Part shown: in pieces, positions 17,869-25,531 of the stretch
Position numbering within the stretch: position 1 is the stretch's first letter
Layout of the letters: each line of letters opens with the position of its first letter
DNA from: Edaphobacter aggregans
GTDB taxonomy: Bacteria > Acidobacteriota > Terriglobia > Terriglobales > Acidobacteriaceae
Assembly: GCF_003945235.1 (NCBI RefSeq)
Contig: NZ_RSDW01000001.1
Coordinates: 2,430,001-2,462,000 of the forward strand
Reading direction: 5' to 3'
DNA: 32,000 nucleotides
Translations under genes and position numbers: made by a program
The notes under the pieces: model-generated
Seen by the model: the letters and a program-made list of their open reading frames with translations, nothing else
What the model was told of the DNA's origin: nothing
The model's database searches: none

Positions 17869-19695
17869 CTATCGATAGCTCGCCGCCTGCATCTCAAACA
17901 TGCCTGCGTAGACTCCGCCCTTCGACATCAGTTGTTGATGATTCCCTTCTTCTATCAGCCGTCCGCCAGAGAGCACCACAATCCGGTCGGCCATCTTGAC
18001 CGTCGAAAAGCGGTGCGAGATAAGTAGCGCCATCTTGCCTTCGGTAAGTTCTGCAAACCGTTCAAAGACCTCCAACTCACTCCGCGCATCGAGCGCAGCA
18101 GTCGGTTCATCCAGGATCAGCAGATCAGCATCTCTCAGATAAGCGCGAGCCAGAGCGATCTTCTGCCACTCTCCACCCGACAATTCAACCCCACCTTCAA
18201 AGCGGCGTCCGAGCATCTGATCGTAGCCACCGGCAAGATGATCGACGACTGTATCGGCAAGACTCTTATGCGCCGCTACTTCTATACCAGTCTGATTCTG
18301 CATCTGTTCGATCTGACCGACCGCAATATTTTCACGAGCCGTCATCTCAAATCGAACGAAGTCCTGAAAGATAACGCCGATATGGCTGTGCAGCTCTTCA
18401 AGCGAATACTCCCGAAGATCAACACCCTCGAGCAAGATCTGCCCTTCCGTCGGATCGTAAAGCCGCGTGATGAGCTTCACGACTGTCGTCTTCCCCTGAC
18501 CATTCTCGCCAATCAGCGCGATCCGCTCCCCCGGAGCAAGCGTCAGATTGAAGTCCTTCAGAACCCTGCGCTCCGTCCCAGGATAAGCAAACGAGACATT
18601 ACGAAACTCAAATCCACGACTCACCGGCGAAGGCATGCGGAGCCCGTCTGGCTTCGAATGCACCGTAGGCTCCATCTCGAAGAACGCAATGAGATCGGTA
18701 AGAAACAGCGCTTGATCCGCAATGCCGGACGCCGTAGAGAACACCTGTTGCAAATTCGAACTGGCCTGCTGAATCGCCGTCGTCAAAAAAGTGAACTGGC
18801 CGATATCGTATGCGCCATGTAGCGTCCGCCAGATCACATAAATGTAGGCTCCGTAGTACCCCAGCGTTCCAATCACTCCAAGCAGGCCGCCAACAATAAG
18901 CTTCGAGCGCGAGAGCGTGACATCTTCCCGATAGATCTGGTCAGCAAGTGACTTGAATCTACCCGTGAAAAATTTGTTCAGCCCAAAGAGCTTGACCTCC
19001 TTGGCACCTTCGCGGCTCCCGGCCACCTGCCGCAGATAGTCCATCTGGCGCTTAGCTGGCGTCTGCCGAAAGTTCTTGGCATATCCCAAAAACGCATAGT
19101 GCGTCTCACCCAAAAACGACGGCAGCACACCAATCGCGAGCAACAGCACAAGCCACGGAGACGCCCACGCAAGCGCTGCAGAAAAAACAAGCGTCGTAAT
19201 CACCTGCTGTATCAAGCGACCCATCTGCTGAATCATCCCCAGCCGGTCCGTCGCCTGCACGCGAGCCCGTTCAAGCCGGTCATAAAAGACCGGATCTTCA
19301 TAAGTCGTCAGATCCAACCGAGCCGCCTGCTCCATCACCCGCACGCTCACGTGTTGGGTATATCGATTCGCAAGCAACGCGTCGGAGTAGTCGATCCCCC
19401 GTGTCAGCAGGCCCATCAAAACATTCAGCCCGACTTCAATCGCCACCAGCGTCCAGAAGTTGTGGCCCAACGGTTCGCCGCGCAGAACCTGAGCAATATT
19501 GTTGATGATGAACTGCGCCACCTTGGCCACACCGAACGGCAGCACAGCGACGAAAATACGCAGAACAATACCCCACGTAACAACCACCGCCCCCGAATCC
19601 CACAAAATACGCAGCACAGGCGGAACATTACGCAAGGAGCGCAGTCGATCGAGCCACGGGCTCTCCATCTTCACGTGGTTACTGGAATCACTCAT
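17869..19695 (-). CDS. ABC transporter, fused permease/ATPase (type I exporter, MsbA/NdvA-like architecture)
   Basis: An N-terminal six-helix exporter domain is followed by the Walker A 'GENGQGKTT', the signature 'LSGGEWQKIALARA' and the Walker B 'LLILDEPTAALD'. It ends 44 bp upstream of the synthase gene on the same strand. The track start at 19704 is a TTG, and the first ATG is at 19695. Confidence 0.9.
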   Translation of the reverse strand: MSDSSNHVKMESPWLDRLRSLRNVPPVLRILWDSGAVVVTWGIVLRIFVAVLPFGVAKVAQFIINNIAQVLRGEPLGHNFWTLVAIEVGLNVLMGLLTRGIDYSDALLANRYTQHVSVRVMEQAARLDLTTYEDPVFYDRLERARVQATDRLGMIQQMGRLIQQVITTLVFSAALAWASPWLVLLLAIGVLPSFLGETHYAFLGYAKNFRQTPAKRQMDYLRQVAGSREGAKEVKLFGLNKFFTGRFKSLADQIYREDVTLSRSKLIVGGLLGVIGTLGYYGAYIYVIWRTLHGAYDIGQFTFLTTAIQQASSNLQQVFSTASGIADQALFLTDLIAFFEMEPTVHSKPDGLRMPSPVSRGFEFRNVSFAYPGTERRVLKDFNLTLAPGERIALIGENGQGKTTVVKLITRLYDPTEGQILLEGVDLREYSLEELHSHIGVIFQDFVRFEMTARENIAVGQIEQMQNQTGIEVAAHKSLADTVVDHLAGGYDQMLGRRFEGGVELSGGEWQKIALARAYLRDADLLILDEPTAALDARSELEVFERFAELTEGKMALLISHRFSTVKMADRIVVLSGGRLIEEGNHQQLMSKGGVYAGMFEMQAASYR

Positions 19696-19895
19696 ATGTC
19701 TCAATCAGAACGCCGCCGCTTGTTTGAATGGATGCGTCAAAGCTTCAACACGTTGGATCAATCCGTGCCGCCCATCGTCTTCGCCCCTATTTTGTCAGCT
19801 ACTTGCACAACGCCAACCACTCTCAAGACTAAGCCAGTGCGATATATTTTCTTGAGTCAACTTAGCAAATAATCCAACCGCCAAGAGCACGAAAG

Positions 19896-20810
19896 ATGCA
19901 GACGATCAATCCAACTGAACTGGCAAAAAAAATGGGCGAAGGCCTACTTTCCTTCCCCGTCACGCACTTCACGAAGGATTTTTCCTTTGACGAAGCTCCC
20001 TATCGCAAACATATCTCCTGGCTGCTCGATCATCGCCCAGCCGGACTCTTCGCTGCCGGTGGAACTGGAGAATTCTTCTCGCTCACCCTCAGCGAATTTT
20101 CTACGGTAGTCAGAGCTGCCGTTCAGGAAACCGCAGGCCGAGCCCCCGTACTAGCAGGATGCGGCTACGGAACCGCAATGGCAAAGGAGTTCGCCAAAGC
20201 CGCCGAAGACGCCGGCGCCGACGGCATCCTGCTACTACCGCCTTATCTGCTCAACTCCGAGCCAACAGGACTCGCAGCACATGCCGAAGCCGTATGCGCA
20301 GCAACAAAACTCGGCGTCATCTTCTACAACCGCGACAACGCCATCATCGACGACACAACGCTCGAGCGACTCTGCGACCGCTGCCCAAACCTCATCGGTT
20401 TCAAAGACGGTGTCGGCGACATCGAGCTCATGACTCGCATCTACGCCCGCATGGGCGACCGCCTTACCTACATCGGCGGCCTGCCCACAGCCGAAACCTT
20501 CGCTCTCCCATACCTCGAAATGGGCGTCACCACCTACTCCTCCGCCATCTTTAACTTCCTCCCCAACTTCGCGCAGCAGTTCTACGCAGCCGCCCGTCGC
20601 CGCGACCACGCCAAGGTCTACGCCGATCTACGCGACTTCGTCCTTCCCTACATCGCACTCCGCAACCGTCGCAAGGGATACGCAGTCTCCATCGTCAAGG
20701 CCGGAATGACCGCAGTCGGACGCCCAGCGGGCCCGGTCCGCTCCCCTCTCATCGATCTAGCGCCATCAGAGCTTGAAGACCTGAAGAAGTTGATCGGAGA
20801 CCGCACCTGA
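19896..20810 (+). CDS. kdgD: 5-dehydro-4-deoxyglucarate dehydratase (DapA/NAL superfamily)
   Basis: The 304-aa product carries '[10 protein letters not shown]...' and '[13 protein letters not shown]', characteristic of KdgD-type members of the DHDPS family. It sits directly upstream of a glucarate transporter and the gudD/garD dehydratases. Confidence 0.85.
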   Translation: MQTINPTELAKKMGEGLLSFPVTHFTKDFSFDEAPYRKHISWLLDHRPAGLFAAGGTGEFFSLTLSEFSTVVRAAVQETAGRAPVLAGCGYGTAMAKEFAKAAEDAGADGILLLPPYLLNSEPTGLAAHAEAVCAATKLGVIFYNRDNAIIDDTTLERLCDRCPNLIGFKDGVGDIELMTRIYARMGDRLTYIGGLPTAETFALPYLEMGVTTYSSAIFNFLPNFAQQFYAAARRRDHAKVYADLRDFVLPYIALRNRRKGYAVSIVKAGMTAVGRPAGPVRSPLIDLAPSELEDLKKLIGDRT

Positions 20811-20872
20811 CCGACGCCCCCATCCACGCATCGCAGACGAAGACCACGCACGTCCGCTATCTCATCGTCGCG

Positions 20873-22150
20873 ATGATCTTCGTCGCCAGCTGCTTCAGCT
20901 ATGGAGACCGCGTCGCTCTCTCCGTCGCCGGCACCGCGATGCAGAAGCAGCTCGCGCTCACTCCCGTACGCTTCGGCTTCCTCCTTTCAGGCTTCAGCTG
21001 GGCCTACGTACTCGGCCAGCTTCCCTCCGGAGGCCTCCTCGATCGCTTCGGCTCCAAACGCGTCTACGGCATCAGCATCTTTGCATGGTCTATCTGTGCC
21101 TTCCTCATCGGATTCGCCGGCTATCTTCCCGCCGCCTACATCTTCAGCGTCATCTTCGCCCTCCGTCTCCTCTCCGGCCTCGCTCAATCGCCCGTCTTTC
21201 CCGGCAACGGACGCATCGTCGCTGCCTGGTTCCCCACCACCGAACGCGGCACCGCCTCCGCCATCTTTAATTCCTCGCAGTACTTCGCTCTCGTTGCCTT
21301 TGCACCCATCTTCGGCTGGCTCACCCACAGCCACGGCTGGCAATGGACATTCTGGTTCATGGGCATCTTCGGCCTCGTGCTCGTCTTAGCCTGGTCGAAG
21401 ATCATCTACAACGTCCCCGATCACCCGCTCATCTCGCCATCCGAGATCGATTGCATCGAGCAGGGCGGCGGCCTTGTCAACATTGACCGCACAGCAGGAA
21501 AACCCACCAGCCGAGCCCTCACCTGGTCCGGCGTCGCACAACTTCTCCAGCAGCGAATGCTCGTCGGAATCTACATTGGCCAGTTCTGCATCACGACCCT
21601 CACCTACTTCTTCATCACCTGGTTCCCCGTCTACCTCGTTCAGGCGCGCCACATGTCAGTCCTCAAAGGAGGATTCGCCGTAGCCCTCCCCGCTCTCTGC
21701 GGCTCCGTCGGCGGAGTCCTCGGCGGCATCTGTTCCGACACTCTCCTCCGCCGCGGCCACTCCCTCACCTTCGCCCGAAAGCTGCCCATCATCGCCGGCA
21801 TGCTCCTCTCCGTCACCATGATCGCCTGCAACTACACCAACGTCCAGGCCGTAGTCATGTTCCTCATGTCGCTAGCCTTCTTCGGCAAAGGCTTTGGCGC
21901 ACTCGGCTGGACCGTCATCGCCGATACCTCACCCAAAGAACTAATCGGCCTCAACGGCGGCCTCTTCAACCTCTTCGGCAACACCGCAGGCATCACCACG
22001 CCCATCATCATCGGCTTCATCGTCCAAAAAACCGGCTCCTTCAACGGAGCACTCGTCTTCGTCGGCATCACTGCCCTCATGGCCATCTTCAGTTACGTCG
22101 TCATAGTCGGCGAAATCAAACGCCTCGAACTAAAGCCCACATCAACATAG
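20873..22150 (+). CDS. gudP: MFS (ACS family) D-glucarate/galactarate permease; the true start is probably upstream of the first ATG
   Basis: The similarity to my recollection of E. coli GudP/GarP is long and colinear. Shared strings include 'LLDRFGSKRVY', 'PVFPGNGRIVAAWFP', 'LTYFFITWFPVYLVQARHMSVLK', 'GSFNGALVFVG' and 'GEIKRLELKP'. The conserved N-terminal residues (HVRYLIVA) are encoded 5' of ATG 20873 in the same frame. Confidence 0.85.
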   Translation: MIFVASCFSYGDRVALSVAGTAMQKQLALTPVRFGFLLSGFSWAYVLGQLPSGGLLDRFGSKRVYGISIFAWSICAFLIGFAGYLPAAYIFSVIFALRLLSGLAQSPVFPGNGRIVAAWFPTTERGTASAIFNSSQYFALVAFAPIFGWLTHSHGWQWTFWFMGIFGLVLVLAWSKIIYNVPDHPLISPSEIDCIEQGGGLVNIDRTAGKPTSRALTWSGVAQLLQQRMLVGIYIGQFCITTLTYFFITWFPVYLVQARHMSVLKGGFAVALPALCGSVGGVLGGICSDTLLRRGHSLTFARKLPIIAGMLLSVTMIACNYTNVQAVVMFLMSLAFFGKGFGALGWTVIADTSPKELIGLNGGLFNLFGNTAGITTPIIIGFIVQKTGSFNGALVFVGITALMAIFSYVVIVGEIKRLELKPTST

Positions 22151-22163
22151 AATCAGTTCTTTT

Positions 22164-22337
22164 CCACTTGCTGTTGCACTTGCACTTGCTTTTCTTGTTT
22201 GTCATCCCCAAAGGGGATCTGCTTCTGTGCATTTGCATTTTGTCGTTGCCATTACAGTTGTCATTTGAACGCACTTAAAGAAATAAAGATGTGTCATCCT
22301 GAGCGAAGCCCGAGGGCGTAGTCGAAGGACCTGCAGC
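22164..22337. repeat. Composite intergenic repeat: TTGC-rich hexamer run plus GTCATCCCC-AAA-GGGGATCTGC hairpin, a degenerate second copy, and a long GTCATCCTGAGCGAAGC...GAAGGACCTGC variant
   Basis: Positions 22164-22222 hold a 'cacttgc/tgttgc' run followed by a 6-bp stem hairpin (atcccc 22204-22209 / ggggat 22213-22218, loop aaa). Positions 22223-22272 hold a second TTGC run ending 'gttgtcatttgaacgc'. Positions 22291-22337 read 'gtgtcatcctgagcgaagcccgagggcgtagtcgaaggacctgcagc'. The 26-nt core 22199-22224 matches 25383-25408 at 24/26 positions. Confidence 0.75.
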
Positions 22338-22378
22338 TACTCCTTAGCGCCGACGATCTCAACCGAAACCAACAAAAT

Positions 22379-23737
22379 ATGCCACCGCAAATAAATCCGC
22401 ACCAAACCCCCACAGTCACCACCATGCGAGTCATCCCCGTAGCCGGACACGACTCCATGCTCCTCAACCTCAGCGGAGCCCACGCCCCCCTCTTCACTCG
22501 CAACTTAGTCATCCTCACCGACAACTCCGGCCACACCGGCGCAGGCGAGGTCCCCGGCGGCGAAAAGATCCGTGGCATCCTCGAAGAATCCATCCCTCTC
22601 GTCCTCAATCAACCCATCTCGAACTACAACGCGATCCTCAACACCATCCGCCAGCGCTTCAGCGACCGAGACACCGAAGGCCGCGGCCTGCAAACCTTCG
22701 ACCTCCGCACCACAGTCCACGCCGTCACCGCCATAGAGTCCGCCCTCCTCGACCTCCTTGGCCAGTTACTCAACCTACCCGTCGCAGCCCTCCTCGGAGA
22801 AGGCCAGCAGCGCACCACCGTCGAAGTCCTCGGCTACCTCTTCTACATCGGCGACCGCAACAAAACCGACCTCCCCTACCTAAGCAACCCGCAAGCCACC
22901 GACGACTGGCTCCGCCTCCGCCACGAAGAAGCCCTCACCACCGAATCCATCCTCCGTCTCGCCGAATCCGCCCAAACCCGCTACGGCTTCAACGACTTCA
23001 AACTAAAAGGCGGCGTCCTCCCCGGCGCGCAAGAAATCGAAGCCGTCACCGCCCTCGCCGAGCGCTTCCCCCAGGCCCGCATCACCCTCGACCCCAACGG
23101 AGCCTGGTCCCTCGCCGAAGCCATCGCCCTCTGCACCAACAAACAAAACATCCTCGCCTACGCCGAAGACCCCTGCGGCGCCGAGCAAGGCTTCTCCGGC
23201 CGCGAAATCATGGCAGAATTCCGCCGCGCCACCGGCCTCCCCACCGCAACCAACATGATCGCCACCGACTGGCGCCAACTCAAACACGCCACCCAGCTCA
23301 ACGCCATCGACATCCCACTCGCCGACCCCCACTTCTGGACCATGCAAGGCTCCGTCCGAGTCGCACAATTCTGCCGCGACTCGGGCCTCACCTGGGGCTC
23401 CCACTCCAACAACCACTTCGACATCTCGCTCGCCATGTTCACCCACGTAGCCGCCGCCGCCCCAGGCCGCACCACCGCCATCGACACCCACTGGATCTGG
23501 CAGGACGGCCAGCGCCTCACCACCGAACCCTTAAAAATCATCGGTGGTACATTGACCGTACCCGAGCGCCCCGGCCTCGGCATCGAACTCGACATGACCC
23601 AAGTCGAAGCCGCAAACCGTCTTTACCAACAGATCGGCCTCGAGGCACGCGACGACGCCCGCGCCATGCAACACCTCAAGCCCAACTGGCAGTTCGATCC
23701 AAAGCGCCCCTGCCTCGTCAGATCAGAAGCCAGATAA
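22379..23737 (+). CDS. gudD: D-glucarate dehydratase (enolase superfamily)
   Basis: It is near-colinear with my recollection of E. coli GudD. Shared strings include '[25 protein letters not shown]', '[12 protein letters not shown]', '[13 protein letters not shown]', '[12 protein letters not shown]', '[39 protein letters not shown]' and '[25 protein letters not shown]'. Confidence 0.95.
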   Translation: MPPQINPHQTPTVTTMRVIPVAGHDSMLLNLSGAHAPLFTRNLVILTDNSGHTGAGEVPGGEKIRGILEESIPLVLNQPISNYNAILNTIRQRFSDRDTEGRGLQTFDLRTTVHAVTAIESALLDLLGQLLNLPVAALLGEGQQRTTVEVLGYLFYIGDRNKTDLPYLSNPQATDDWLRLRHEEALTTESILRLAESAQTRYGFNDFKLKGGVLPGAQEIEAVTALAERFPQARITLDPNGAWSLAEAIALCTNKQNILAYAEDPCGAEQGFSGREIMAEFRRATGLPTATNMIATDWRQLKHATQLNAIDIPLADPHFWTMQGSVRVAQFCRDSGLTWGSHSNNHFDISLAMFTHVAAAAPGRTTAIDTHWIWQDGQRLTTEPLKIIGGTLTVPERPGLGIELDMTQVEAANRLYQQIGLEARDDARAMQHLKPNWQFDPKRPCLVRSEAR

Positions 23738-23758
23738 AGCGCATCGAATAAGGAAACC

Positions 23759-25312
23759 ATGGGCACCCCACAGCCAGACCGTCCCCTCTACATCCGCATC
23801 CACGAGCGCGACAACGTAGCCATCGTCGTAAACCCCGGCGGACTCCCCGCAGGATCCCGTTTCGAATCCGGCCTCACCCTCACCGAACCCATCCCTGAAG
23901 CCCACAAAGTAGCCCTAACCAACCTCGCTCCCGGCGACCCCATCCTCCGCTACGGAGTCACCATAGGCTACGCCGAAAAGCCCATCGCCCAAGGCAGTTG
24001 GGTACACGAAGGCCTAGTAGCAACCCCGGAAGCCCCCGACCTAAACTCCCTCCCCCTGGCCACCGCCGTGCCACACCCACTCCCCCCACTCGAGGGCTAC
24101 ACCTTCCAGGGCTACCGCAACCCAGACGGCACCGTCGGCACAAAAAACATCCTCGGCATCAGCACCACCGTGCAATGCGTAGCAGCCAGCGTGGACTACG
24201 CCATCCGCCGCATCAAAGCCGAAATCCTCCCCCGCTACCCCAACGTCGACGACGTCATCGCCATTACTCACAACTACGGCTGCGGCGTAGCCATCAACGC
24301 CCCCGGCGCCGAAATCCCAATCCGCACCCTGCGAAATCTCAGCCTCAACCCAAACCTCGGCGGCACTCCCCTCGTCGTCAGCCTGGGCTGCGAAAAGATG
24401 CAGCCCTCTCGCATGCTCCCCACCAGCGCCCTTCCCGTCGTCACCGACGAGCCCTACATCATGCGCTTCCAGGACGAAGAACACCGCGGCTTCGGCGATA
24501 TCATCGCCGCCATCATGCGCATGGCCGAACGCCGCCTCGTGCAGCTCAACCGCCGCCAGCGTACCACCTGCCCAGCCTCCGATCTCGTCGTCGGCCTCCA
24601 ATGCGGCGGCAGCGATGCCTTCTCCGGAGTCACCGCAAACCCCGCCGTAGGCTACGCAGCCGATCTCCTCATCCGCGCCGGAGCCACCGTTATGTTCTCC
24701 GAGGTCACCGAAGTCCGCGACGCCATCCATCTCCTGACGGCCCGTGCAGCAAACGAAACCGTAGCCCACAACCTAATCCGCGAAATGGCCTGGTACGACG
24801 AATACCTCCATCAAGGCCTGGTCGACCGCAGCGCCAACCCCACTCCCGGCAACAAAGAAGGCGGCCTTGCCAACATCGTCGAAAAAGCCCTCGGCTCAAT
24901 CGCAAAAGCCGGCAGCACACCACTCGCAGGAGTCTTCGGCCCCGGCGAGCGCGTCACCCAAAAAGGCCTCATCTTCGCCGCCACCCCAGCCAGCGACTTC
25001 ATCTGCGGCACGCTTCAACTCGCCGCCGCAATGAACATGCACATCTTCACTACCGGCCGCGGCACACCCTACGGCCTCGCGATGGCCCCCGTCATCAAAG
25101 TAGCCTCGCGCACCGAATTAGCCGAACGCTGGCCCGACCTAATCGACATCAACGCCGGCACCATCGCCACCGGCCAAGCCACCATCGAACAGGTCGGCTG
25201 GCAGATCTTCCACCTCATCCTCGAGGTCGCCAGCGGCCGCAAGCAAACCTGGGCCGACCACTGGGGCCTCCACAACGACTTCGCCCTCTTCAACCCAGCC
25301 CCAGTAACCTAG
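23759..25312 (+). CDS. garD: Galactarate dehydratase (UxaA/GarD family, SAF domain N-terminus)
   Basis: It is colinear with my recollection of E. coli GarD. Shared strings include 'DNVAIVV', '[24 protein letters not shown]', '[12 protein letters not shown]', '[20 protein letters not shown]', '[17 protein letters not shown]', '[28 protein letters not shown]', '[10 protein letters not shown]' and the C-terminal 'FNPAPVT'. It starts 21 bp after gudD. Confidence 0.95.
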   Translation: MGTPQPDRPLYIRIHERDNVAIVVNPGGLPAGSRFESGLTLTEPIPEAHKVALTNLAPGDPILRYGVTIGYAEKPIAQGSWVHEGLVATPEAPDLNSLPLATAVPHPLPPLEGYTFQGYRNPDGTVGTKNILGISTTVQCVAASVDYAIRRIKAEILPRYPNVDDVIAITHNYGCGVAINAPGAEIPIRTLRNLSLNPNLGGTPLVVSLGCEKMQPSRMLPTSALPVVTDEPYIMRFQDEEHRGFGDIIAAIMRMAERRLVQLNRRQRTTCPASDLVVGLQCGGSDAFSGVTANPAVGYAADLLIRAGATVMFSEVTEVRDAIHLLTARAANETVAHNLIREMAWYDEYLHQGLVDRSANPTPGNKEGGLANIVEKALGSIAKAGSTPLAGVFGPGERVTQKGLIFAATPASDFICGTLQLAAAMNMHIFTTGRGTPYGLAMAPVIKVASRTELAERWPDLIDINAGTIATGQATIEQVGWQIFHLILEVASGRKQTWADHWGLHNDFALFNPAPVT

Positions 25313-25327
25313 AACGTTGTCACGGTT

Positions 25328-25408
25328 TTTGCTTTGGCAGTTGCCTTTGCTGTTGCTCTTGCTGTTGCATTCGCCTTCCTAGTTGTCATCCCCGAAGGGG
25401 ACCTGCTT
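25328..25408. repeat. Second copy of the TTGC-hexamer run plus GTCATCCCC-GAA-GGGGACCTGC hairpin repeat
   Basis: 'ttgctttggcagttgcctttgctgttgctcttgctgttgcattcgcc...' is followed by 'ttgtcatccccgaaggggacctgctt'. The stem is tcccc 25389-25393 / gggga 25397-25401. The organisation matches 22164-22224. Confidence 0.75.
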
Positions 25409-25436
25409 TGTCCTTCGAATCAGCGCGGCGATTCTT

Positions 25437-25506
25437 ACCCGATACCAGATACCTGACACCCGATACCTATCCCGTTTCTGATCGGTGCAATCGGTGCAAA
25501 TCGGTG
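25437..25506. repeat. Cluster of short direct/tandem repeats in the garD/GH20 convergent spacer
   Basis: 'acccgatacc' occurs at 25437-25446 and 25458-25467, with an extra 'agatacc' at 25447-25453. The tandem unit 'tcggtgcaa' occurs at 25482-25490 and 25491-25499, with a partial 'tcggtg' at 25501-25506. Confidence 0.7.
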
Positions 25507-25531
25507 TTAAGCCTTTCGATGCCCAGAGCCA

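Noticed and set aside
19099-19872. 257-aa plus-strand ORF antisense to the ABC transporter N-terminus, extending into the divergent spacer
   Set aside because: The sequence is Arg/His/Gln-rich and low-complexity. It overlaps a well-supported ABC exporter gene and has no independent support.
19705-19895. Looked for promoters and operators in the ABC/kdgD divergent spacer. I noted only a 9-bp palindrome, 'ttgagtcaa', near 19852-19860.
   Set aside because: It is too short and unsupported to call, and I found no recognisable -35/-10 pair or known regulator motif.
20901-21389. 162-aa Ser/Pro-rich ORF in an alternative frame of the gudP-like gene (with related ORFs on both strands at 20159-21831)
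   Set aside because: These are same-region frame shadows of a transporter gene with strong homology. The composition-driven absence of stops explains them.
22294-22608. 104-aa minus-strand ORF starting inside the intergenic repeat and running antisense into gudD
   Set aside because: It begins in the repeat element and overlaps the conserved gudD N-terminus on the opposite strand. Repeats of this type commonly generate spurious ORFs.
25482-25506. Tandem 'tcggtgcaa' units considered as a possible CRISPR or minisatellite
   Set aside because: There are only about 2.7 copies of a 9-nt unit with no spacers, and no cas genes are in the window. I report it only as a short tandem repeat.
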